Below, in pieces: positions 53,100-64,000 of a DNA stretch of 64,000 bases. The notes under the pieces are model-generated. The model saw nothing but the letters and a program-made list of their open reading frames with translations, made no database searches and was not told the DNA's origin. The position numbers and the translations under genes were made by a program. Where the stretch lies: contig NGBS01000001.1 of assembly GCA_002245135.1 (NCBI GenBank), positions 186,001 through 250,000 of the forward strand. The letters are read 5' to 3'. The stretch comes from Proteromonas lacertae. Its lineage: Eukaryota. Numbering within the stretch: the first letter of the stretch is position 1; each line of letters starts with the position of its first letter.

Positions 53100-54587
53100 A
53101 TGTCAAACCAAACTGATTTGGAAATATTACAAAGTATGGAATGTAAAAATACGCAGATCTCTGATGAAGATGAAGGTATATTGTAATAACTATACGAATT
53201 AGAGAATCTGATCGAAATGAAGACGAAGGAATTATTAAGACAAAGACAAAAGGAATTAGAAGGAAAAGGAAAACAATATATTCAGCCATTATTTACTAAG
53301 CCTGTATAGACACAATATTTCTATCTAAAAATTATAGCATGCTTCAAATGATGTTGTAACCAATATGTTTCATGATTTAGCCTATCATAAATTCCTAAGA
53401 GAACGTTATTCTCAACTAGAAAAAGCTCATGGTGTATATCTCCTCATATATTTATTATTCAAACTAGTTCATTGATAAAATAATAAATATTCGTAACAAT
53501 ATAACAGATAAAGAGAAGAACTATGTAAGTTATCAAGAATTCTGTGATTTATTTGCAGATGAAAGAGTTGATCCAATTTATAGTTTATTTCTCAAAGCAT
53601 CATCCTTTATTCATTTCCCTAGACGTCCAGATGGTAAAATATCGTTAGAATTCTTCCATTATTACGTAACAGAGAAGTGCAAATTAATAGAATTCCAAAC
53701 AATATTAATGTATTATGCAAGAGAAGAAATAGGATATATAACAGAAATAGAATTTGAACAATTCGTGACGGATCATGTAGTAAAATACTTTGAAGGATTA
53801 AGAGAGTTACCTGAAAGAATGCATGTGTTCTATATCCATCATACAGTGAGAAAGTTTTTATTTTTCCTTGATTCAAATCACAAAGGAAAAATATCACTTG
53901 ATGCTTTATGGAAAAGTCCATTATTGAAGGAATTACTACAAATAAATGAACCAACTGATGAAAATCAGATATTAATCAACAATTGGTTTTCTTCACATAA
54001 AGCTTTATCAATTTATCAGAAGTATTTAGAATTAGATAAAGACAGAGATGGAATGTTATCCCAAGAAGAATTGTTGAATTATGGTGAATTAACACCAGCA
54101 TTTATTCAAAGAGTATTTGAATGTTCACACGTGTTTGATGGTAAAATGGATTATAAATCATTCTTAGATTTCGCTATAGCAATGGAAAATAAAGATACAA
54201 AGGAAGGAATTGCTGTATATTTATATAATTATATATTATAATTATATAGTATTTCTTCAGATTATTGGATATAAACAGTGTTGGATATTTAACATCATTT
54301 AATATTAATTATTTCTTTAAAGAAATTAATTCGTTTTTATCATCACATGATTTAGATATAGTTCCTGTTGAAGATGTGAGAGATGAAATATTTGATATGA
54401 TTCATCCTAAAGATCCTTTAAAGTATTCATTCATTCATATATATTATATATTGTTTATAGAATAAAATTAAAGGATTTAATTGAATCAAAATCAGGTAAA
54501 ACATTGATTAATATGCTGATTGATGGAAACGAATTCTGGAAGTATGATAACCGTGAAAGTTTGATGCAATCAGAAGATGAATCATAA
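53100..54587 (+). CDS. PPP2R3C: PP2A regulatory subunit B'' gamma-like
   Basis: VRKFLFFLD, NWFS, Y.KYLELDKDRDGMLS.EEL, MDYKSFLDF..AMEN, DEIFDMIHP, FWKYDNRE; 5 introns. Confidence 0.88.
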
Positions 54588-54666
54588 ATATTATATAAGT
54601 TTTATTCTATTATATTTATTAATCTTTTGAATTTTGGGACAATTGAAATAATATATTCGTTTTAAT

Positions 54667-55160
54667 ATGAAGTTTTTGTTTTTAATCATCTTTTCGTTTA
54701 TTTCTATACAACTCATTTCAGCTTCACAAGATGGATCAATAGCGAAGTTAAGTAGAAGTAATTTTGATTCAGTAGTTAATGGTGGAGGTGATTGGTTTAT
54801 AAAATTGTATTATTGTGGTGTATATTCGTAGCTATTCTCCTTGGTGTGGAAGTTGTAGAAGAATAGCTCCAGTATTCAAAGAAACAGCAGAAAAAGCAAA
54901 AGAGATAAACTTTGCTGAAGTAGATGCCACTGTTGAGAAATGTATTTAAAATTTATTATATAAATACATTTTAATAGTGTTGAGACTACGTTTTAGAGTA
55001 TTATCGTATCCAACTCTATATTTTTATCATGATAAGCAGTTTTACTATTACAAAGGAGAGTATATTAATAGTTTTTATTATTTAAAATAGCCATAGTGTT
55101 AATAGTTTGTTAGAATTTATTAAGGGTGGTTATAAGAATCTAAAAGGTGTGAATTATTAA
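54667..55160 (+). CDS. Secreted/ER single-domain thioredoxin (PDI/TMX-like)
   Basis: Signal peptide, WFIKFYSPWCGSC, FAEVDAT, RFRVLSYPTL; 3 introns; absent from the ORF track. Confidence 0.85.
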
Positions 55161-55256
55161 TTTTCATGAATTGTTTATAACTTCTTTGTTAATAAAAAAC
55201 AATAATTAAAATTACATTACTATTATTTTTATGTTTATTATTATAATTTAACCAAA

Positions 55257-56192
55257 TTAACCAACAGGAACTTCCAATTCAGGTCTTGTGCTTTTACCAA
55301 TACTATATCTAGGTCCATTCAATTTCTCAGTAGTTTTAAAGTATTTAAATGATGATTTGGCATATTGAGTATCATATAGAGCAGGACCTGGCGATCTTGG
55401 TTTTTCATGTGGAAATCTCACATCACTACCTAACTTAGGTTGTGGAGAAGTAGCTCTTTGACTTAATACTTGTTTACCTATTGATCCAACAGTTTCATAA
55501 TCACCTTTACACCCACTATCTTTATAGTAACAACACCAACCTGGTTTTATTACATATTCAGCTTGATTTCTAGTTTCGCTACCCATTTTGAATGTACTAG
55601 CTCTTTTTTCTACTTTTGTTTTATCTGGATTATAATGTTGTGGATCTGGTGCTATATTATGCACTGAATCGTATAAATATCCTGTTTCCATTCTATTTAC
55701 TTGACCTCCTAATGACCAAGAGGGTGTTTTTGGTCTTATTGCATCTTCTGCTTGTTTCTTTATTTTATAGTGTTGAGGTGATGGTGTTTCCCTCATTCCT
55801 TGTGTTTCTGGAATCATACTCTCACCTACATACATTTTAGTTATTCCATCTCTTGTTGATTTACCTAAAACAAAATGAGGAGCAGTTCTTTTAGTAGAGT
55901 TAAATGTTTTGGATATTGGTTCTTCTGTATTATAATACTGCGGATCCTATTCGAAAATTATTACTGAATTAGAAATACTGGATCATTCTTCTTTCTATAA
56001 CCCACTTCATATATTCCAGTCTTCCATCTATCAATTTTACTCAATTTTCCACCAAATGAATATTGTGGAAGTTTTTGTAAGGTATTATTCTTTACTGTTG
56101 CATCATAAGCACCTGGTCCCTAATAAAACGTTAGATCATAAATATGTTTATACAGGTGTTCTATATTTTTCTCTCTTAGGTGGTGGTGGCAT
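55257..56192 (-). CDS. SHIPPO/ODF3-like PG-repeat axonemal protein
   Basis: Repeated (T/S)PGPxxY and PDPQHY motifs, each followed by P.(Y/W/F)S.G...R; 2 introns. Confidence 0.75.
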
Positions 56193-56360
56193 GAGATAAT
56201 GAATAAAAATAAAATAAAACGACAATCAAAAACGGATATATTTTTATATAGGTGTATGAAAAATCCCCATAAATTCGTTTTGGTCAGCCAAAACAACCGT
56301 TTCAAAATCATTTTTTTAATTAATTTCAAATTTATAGAGTCTTAGAAGAATTATATATTT

Positions 56361-59300
56361 ATGAGTGATTTAGATATTCCTTTTGAATTGAAAGGAGAAG
56401 ACAAAGAGCTAGTAGAATGGATCAAAAAGAGAATTATTATTAAAGGGTATTATTGATGTATTATTTGCTGTATAGTTATGATGAATCAATGTATGACACA
56501 GTTTACGATGAACCTTTACTTAATTTTATCGATGGGAAGGTAGGTAATAAATTGTTTGTAAACATTGTTGATGGAAAAGCTAAATTTTACTTACAAAAAT
56601 TCCCTGATGTAGATCCAAACGGTCAAGTTCAATATTTCTTAAAACCATTAAATACACCAACAATTACTGCTACAAACGTTGATCAGATTATTCAGTATGG
56701 TTTAATTAGTGGTCCAGCAATGGATTCTTTGTTGCAAAAAATGAACGGTGTATTTAAAAACATATTAACAGTAAAAGATGATTGGCCAGAAAGTATTAAG
56801 AAAGATATAACAGAAAGTTTACACAAATTCATGGCATCAATTACTGAAACTGTATATCATAGTAAAGGCCAAACCATCTTATATGTACCAAATGACAAAA
56901 TCGAGAGTATTGAAGAAGCAGCTAGAGATAAAGAATTATTACAACGATACGATACGACAGTCATTCATTGGACAAGACAATTGAAAGATTTATTAAACAA
57001 TCAAAACAATAGTAATACAGATAATGAAAATTCAGGTCCATTAGAAGAAATCAACTTTTGGCAAAGTAGAACTGATGATTTAGCTGGTATTCAAGAACAA
57101 TTACAGAAACCAGGTGTAGCTTTAGTGATCCAAGTATTAACAGAATCAAAATCATCTTATTTAAATCCATTTTTACAACAAATTAAAACAATTGATGCAG
57201 GTTTAGAGGAATCAAGAGATAATATCAAATTCTTAGATAAAATGAAAGTTCCTTGTGAACAATTATCAAAATCATCACCTTCTGAAATTCCTAAAGTATT
57301 ACCAATTATATTGAATAATATCCGTTTCATTTGGGCTAATTCTCATTATTACAACACTTCTGAAAGAATTACAAATATATGTAGAAAAGTAAGTAATGAA
57401 ATCATCGCTAGATGTAGAGATAATATTGTATTAGATGATATTTTTGGTAAAAATGTGAAGAAAAGTATGCCAAGATTAGAAGAATGTATAAAATGTGGTG
57501 CTGAATGGAAGAGATGTTTTAATGACCTACAAGATGCAATTAACTTAGCAACAACACCTCAAGACACTCACATATGGCAAGTAGATATGACTTCTATCTT
57601 CGCACAAGTAGAAGCCTTTGTACAAAGATGTAAAGATTTAATTGAGATATGTGAGAGTCAATTACAGTTTACTCGTTCTCCTGATACAATGGAGCCAACA
57701 CCTAATGGTTTACCCATCTTTGGTGGTAGTAAAGGACCAGAAATATGTAAGAGTATTATGGAATTAGAACATTCATTTAAGAAGCATTTGGATAGATTGA
57801 AAGTAATAAAAGAAGATGTATTAGATGTAAGATCAACACAATGGCATGAAAATTTCAATCAATTTAAGAATGGTATTAAAGATTTAGAAGTTATGATGCA
57901 AAATGTAATGACTGCTGCTTTTGCTAATGTTAAGACTATTGAAGCTGGTGTTGAAACATTACATGCATTCCATCGTATTATTAGAAGACAATCTTTAATC
58001 AGATATCTCAATAGCAAACGTAGTTTGATGTATCAAATGTTCCAAACCAAATTAAGAGAAGCTCGAAATGAGTTTGATAGTAATAGATTCCATCCTAATC
58101 TTGATCCAGATGAACCTGAATTCAGTGGTGCTGCTATATGGGCACATGGTATTCAACAACGTATTGAACACGAATATCAATTATTATGTACTTGTGCATT
58201 TGAATCTCCAGCATTAGAAGCACCACAAGTAGAAGATGAGACAAAGATATTCTATAATATCTTGGAAGAATATATGTTGAGAAAACATCAAGAATGGTTA
58301 AGTTCAATTGGAGATTCACAATCTATTCAAGCTAAGCTTGAGAAACCATTAATGGCAAGAATCAGAACAGGTCCATTAGCTCCTGATCATTTATTATGTA
58401 ACTTTGATCCTGATGTATTAGGATTATTCACAGAAGGATTCTATTGGCAGAAATTAGGACCAAAATATCAGTTACAAATGGGTGCTACAGATATCTTAAC
58501 TCAAGAAAGTAGATTGAGATTATTAAGAGATAATGTGATGTGGGTTGTAAGAGATTATAATTTGATATTAGATTCATTATCAAGTGATGAAAAGAAACTA
58601 TTCCAAGAACATATTAGAAAATTAGATTCAAGAGCTCAAATGGGTTTGACAAAATTAACATGGGTTTCGAAAAATATGGTTGAATGGTATATAGCTGAAT
58701 GTAGAAAACATTGTTCATCCTTATATCAAACCGTTTGTGATTTCAAAGTGAAACATGCAAAGATAAAGAGATTAATTCGTTCAGTGAAAGAATCATTATT
58801 ATTGGAATTTGAAAGAAATCGTATTTATACAGTTGATGAATTTACAACAGCTCAAGAAACTCATAGAGAAAAGATGACTAATTTCTTAAACAAACAACAT
58901 TTAGAGATAAGAAATACATTGAAAGAAATATACAAATTCTTTGTTGAAGATCCATTTATTATTCAAAGAGAATGGTTGAATTTCTTGAAATTACTCGATA
59001 AACAAGTAGAAGAAGCTTTAAGATATTCATTACGTAAATCATTGACTGAATTATCACGTATTATTAACGGTGATAAGAAGAATGAACCAAGAGCTGCATT
59101 TAAAGTAGATGTTATATTAGATGGTCAAGAAGTAGGATTTATTCCACCAACTGAGAAGTTCCAAGAATCTATTAACTTAGTAATGAGAAATATGGCTAAA
59201 GTAATAGAATGTGTACCACATTTAAGTGTAACATTACATGAAGAAGTATTAGAATTTAAAGAAGCTTTATTAAAGACAGGTGATGAAAATATTCAACCAA

Positions 59301-62300
59301 TTGTAGAAGTAGTAGAACCAAAATCATTCTATGATATTATAGCTCAAGAACCTGAAACTAATCAATTAGGTGGATTAATTACTAATGGTTTTGGTAATGT
59401 ATTGGTATTATTACAGAAACACGTTTCTCATTGGGATAGTTATAAGAGTTTATGGGAGAAAGATAAGAAAGAAGCTTATATTAAAAGATTAGCTAAAGCT
59501 AATAGACCATTATCTCAATATGTAGCTGATATTCAAAGATATATAAAGATACAACATGAAATAGAAGCTCAAGAGCCAAGCACTACTGTTAGTTTTATTA
59601 AATTAGATTGCTCCATATTGAAGAATACCTTGATTGAGATGTGTATTGATTGGCAGAATAGACATACTGGTTTATTGAATGATAATGCATCAAAAGATTT
59701 AGAAGCAATTTATACATTAATGAAGACAAATACTGAAAAGATGCAACAGAAACCAACCAACTTAGATGAATTAAGTGTTGCTATTAAAAGATTAGCTGAA
59801 TTAAGAGATAAAAGTCCAGAAATTGAAGCATCTTTCCCAGGTATTGAAGAGAGATATAATACATTATCACAATTCGATGTTGATCTACCAGAAGCTGAAA
59901 GTAATTTATTAACTAATTTAAGACCTGAATGGGCTAAATTCCAACAAGTGATGGTAGAAACTGATGAGATGTTACAGAAATCAAAACAAGCAATGAAACA
60001 TGATTTAGAAGATAGTATAAAGAGTTATGCCAATCAAGTCAAAGATTTGAGAGATGATTTCGTTAATAATATTCCAAGTGGAGCTGATAAATCAATCGAA
60101 GAAGCCTTTGAAATCATCAATCATTATAAACAGAAGATTGCCCAATTAAAAGAGAAAGAGAAGAAGTTATTACCAGGTTTAGAAATCTTCAATATACCTC
60201 AAGAAGAGTATAAAGATATGGTAGATACAGAGAAAGATTTAGAAGTCTTAGAGAAGATATGGACAATGAATAAAGAATGGGCAGAACACTGGGATAGTTG
60301 GAAATTCGGCCTATTTAGAGATTTAGATGCACCAAAGATGGAGAACTTTGCACAAACTACATTCAAAGATTTAACTAAATTAGGTAGAACCATTAAGAAT
60401 TGGGGTGTATGGCAAGATTTAAAAGCTAGAGTAGATCAATTTAGAGTGACTATTCCATTAATTATGGATTTACGTAATCCAGCTATGAGACCTAGACATT
60501 GGGATCAATTAAGAAATACAATTGGTAAAGATTTTGATCCTGAAGGTGATAACTTTACATTAGAAACTATTTATTCATTAGGTTTACATAACCATGCTGA
60601 ATTTATTGGTGAATTATCATCGAATGCTAATCAAGAATTGGCTATTGAAAATAGTCTTAAGAATATAGAAGAAGGATGGAGTAAAGAACCATTGGTAATT
60701 GCACCATTCAAAGAAAAGTACTTTAAGATTACAACTACTGAAGATTTATATAATCGATTAGATGAAAATCAAGTCAACTTATCAACAATGAATGCATCTA
60801 GATTCTTCAAATCATTCGAAACACAGATTATGTATTGGACTAGTGCTTTAAGAACAGTATCTGAAGTTGTAGATATTTCATTGATGGTGCAAAGACAGTG
60901 GATGTATTTAGAAAATATATTTATGGCTTCTGAAGATATTCAAAAACAATTACCACAAGAAACTACTCTATTCATGAAAGTAAACAATGAATATGTTGCA
61001 ATGATGGCTGAAATGTATGAAACAAAGATTGCATTTAAATGTTGTACAAAAGAAGGTGTATTACAGAAGTTAAGACAAATGAGTGCTGATTTAGATTCAA
61101 TCCAAAAGAGTTTAGATCAATATTTAGAAACAAAACGTCAGAAATTCCCTCGTTTCTATTTCTTATCTAATGATGATTTACTAGAAATATTAGGTCAACA
61201 GAAAGATCCAATGCAAGTACAGAAACATATTAAGAAATGTTTCGTTGGTATTAATCTATTAGATTTCATTGCACCTGGTGTTGCTAATAATAGAGACATT
61301 GAAGCAAGAGCAATGAAAGCAGCTGATGGTGAAATATTACAGTTTGTAGAGAATGTAAGAATAGGAGGTCCAGTTGAAGATTGGTTGATTCAAGTAGAAA
61401 AGATGATGGTAAGAACAGTGAAGAAGGAATTATATACAACTATTACTACTAATTCAGCATCTAAGAAAGAGAAATGGATTAAAGAAAATCCAGGTCAATT
61501 ATTAATTACAGTAGGTAAGATTCAATGGACTCAGAATTGTATGAAAGCCTTCAGAGAGATTGGTAAAGGTAGTAAGACAGCAATGAAGAAAGAAAAGAAG
61601 AAGCAACATATCTATTTGAGTAGATTAGCTGATATGGTGAGAGGTAAATTAACCAAAGTAGAAAGATATAAGTTAGTCGCTTTAATTACTATGGAAATAC
61701 ACAGCAGAGATGTTATTGAAAGATTAATCAAAGCAGATTGTCAAAATGAATATGAATTTGAATGGCAAAGTCAATTGAGATTCTTCTATGAAAAAGAACC
61801 ACAGAATACAGATAATGGTGTACAATGTAAAGTATTACAATGTAATGCAGATATTCAATTTGGTAATGAATATCAAGGTAATAATGGTCGTCTAGTTATT
61901 ACACCATTAACTGATAGATGTATTTTGACATTAACAACTGCACTTCATTTACAAAGAGGTGGTAATCCATTAGGTCCAGCTGGTACAGGAAAGACAGAAA
62001 CAGTGAAAGATTTAGGTAAGAACTTGGCTAAATTCGTTGTTGTATTCAATTGTTCTGATGGTTTGGATTACAAATCAGTTGGTCGTATGTTTAGTGGTTT
62101 GGTACAATCTGGTGGTTGGGGATGTTTTGATGAATTCAACCGTATTGAAGTGGAAGTGTTGTCTGTCGTTGCACAACAAATTCTATCAATTATGAATGCT
62201 ATTAGTGCACATTTAGATACATTCGTATTTGAAGGTCATAATGTTAAATGTAATCCAAATTGTGGTATATTTGTAACTATGAATCCTGGTTATGCTGGAA

Positions 62301-64000
62301 GATCTGAATTACCTGATAATTTAAAGAGTTTAATGAGACCAGTAGCTATGATGGTTCCTGATTTAGCTATGATTTCTGAAGTTATGTTAATGGCTGAAGG
62401 TTTTAGAGATGCTAGAAATTTAGCTAAGAAGACTGTTACATTATACAGTTTGATGGTTCAACAATTATCCAAACAAGATCACTACGATTATGGTTTAAGA
62501 TCTTTAAAAGCTGTGTTGAATTGTGCAGGTGCATTGAAGAGAAATCAACCAGATATGGCTGAAGATGTGATTGTATTAAGAGCTTTAAGAGATATGAATG
62601 TACCTAAGTTCATTAAAGAAGATTTCAGATTGTTTATATTGTTATTAGCTGATTTATTCCCCGGTTTAGAATTACCACAAAGTGAAGTTGGTTCATTACA
62701 AATCGCCATAGAAGAAGAATTAGAAAAAGCAAAATTGCAAAAGAATGAAAATATTATACATAAAACTATTCAATTATATGAATCTAAAGCTACACGTCAT
62801 TGCAATATGTTGGTTGGTAAATCATTATCAGGTAAATCAACAGCATGGAAAATGTTAGCTGCTGCTAAAACCAACTTAAGAGAGAAGAAAGATCCAAATC
62901 ATTTCGCTGTAGCTTATGATATATTAAACCCCAAATCAGTTCCATTGAATGATCTTTATGGTTATTATGAATTAGCAACTATGGAATGGCATGATGGTAT
63001 ATTAAGTACTCTATTCAGAAGTGAAGCAAATGAAACAGATGTTAAAGATGCTAGTGATTTAGAAACAGTCAAAGAACATTGGTTAATATTAGATGGTCCA
63101 GTTGATACATTGTGGATTGAATCAATGAATACTGTTATGGATGATAATAAGACATTGACATTGATTAATGGTGATCGTATTGCTATGACTGAATATATGT
63201 CATTATTATTTGAAGTATTGGATTTAGCTGTAGCTTCTCCTGCTACTGTATCTAGAGCTGGTATGGTTTACTTGGATTTGGAAGATTTAGGATGGAGACC
63301 ATATGTGAAAACATGGATAGCTGAACATTATGGTCAAGATCAAGAGATTGCTGAGAATTTACAAGGAATGTTTGATAAATATGTAGATCCAATATTAGCA
63401 TATAAACGTAAGAAAGTAGAAGAATTAGTGCCAATCTCTGATTTCAATGCTGTAAAATCATTATGTAACTTATATGAAACATTAGCAACACCTGAGAATG
63501 GATTAGATAAATCAGTAGATCCAGAAGGTTATTATGTATTAGCTGATAAATGGTTCTGTTTCTGTGTAGTATGGTCATTATGTGCTGCTGCTAATGAGAA
63601 GGGAAGAGTGTATTTAGATGAATATATTAAAGATATGGAAACTCAATTCCCACCACATTCAAGTATCTATGATTATTGGGTTGATGTAAAGAGTAAAGAA
63701 TTCAAAGTGTGGGATGATAAAGTTAATAAAACATGGAGACCAGCTCCTAATGCACCATTCTTCAAGATTATTGTTCCAACAGTTGATACATTACGTAATA
63801 CATTTATATTTAAGAATTTAATATTGAATGATCATGCTGTATTGATTGTAGGTAATACTGGTACTGGTAAGACTGTATTGATTCAATCATTATTAGAACA
63901 ATTACCACAAACACATACAAAGTTAACAGTCAACTTCTCTGCAGCATCTACAGCAACAGGTACTCAAGCAATTATTGAAGGTTCAATGGAGAAGAGAGCT
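56361..64000 (+). CDS. DNAH2: Axonemal dynein heavy chain, DNAH2 / inner-arm I1-beta-like; 3' partial
   Basis: One 29-nt intron, then an open frame to the window end. GPLEEINFW, FPRFYFLSNDDLLEILG, RLVITPLTDRC, HLQRGGNPLGPAGTGKTETVKDLGK, CFDEFNR, DGPVDTLWIESMNTVMDDNK, GNTGTGKT. Confidence 0.85.

Noticed and set aside
1..64000. Stop-codon reassignment suggested by the fragmented ORFs
   Set aside because: Nearly all breaks are explained by short introns, TAA, TAG and TGA each end genes, and TGG encodes the conserved Trp residues.
1..64000. Blastocystis-type stop codons created by polyadenylation
   Set aside because: Every complete gene model here has a genomic stop codon, and no consistent downstream TGTTTGTT was seen.
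1..64000. tRNA, rRNA, CRISPR arrays or transposons
   Set aside because: No cloverleafs, repeat-spacer arrays, terminal repeats or transposase/RT motifs were recognised by eye.

Overview
Very AT-rich, gene-dense eukaryotic (protist) DNA with about 30 protein-coding genes, intergenic gaps mostly 40-180 bp, and about 110-115 tiny GT-AG introns (mostly 25-45 nt, manual count). Genes include a four-domain thiamine fusion (TenA-HAD-ThiD-ThiE), SEC12, LIG1, RPS27, NUP107, CFAP69, a CBL-like calcium sensor, GALM, RPS13, XPO1/CRM1, a PH/5-phosphatase/cNMP/C2 protein, RRP12, a USP, an NHL-EGF surface protein, HROB, PPP2R3C and an axonemal dynein heavy chain. The tiny introns and gene content resemble gut-associated opalozoan stramenopiles (Blastocystis/Proteromonas), but this is inference only. 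Main observation: a second, longer intron class (8 cases, 53-66 nt) with U12-type 5' ends (ATATC[C/T/A]TTT) and a TTTAAT-like branch site. Five appear to end in AA and three in AC, suggesting an expanded minor-spliceosome system dominated by AT-AA introns. Second observation: 6-8 single-base +1 frameshifts inside otherwise intact genes, three of them in CRM1; these are either assembly insertion errors or recoding/editing. Gene models were spliced by hand and family calls come from motif recognition, not database searches.
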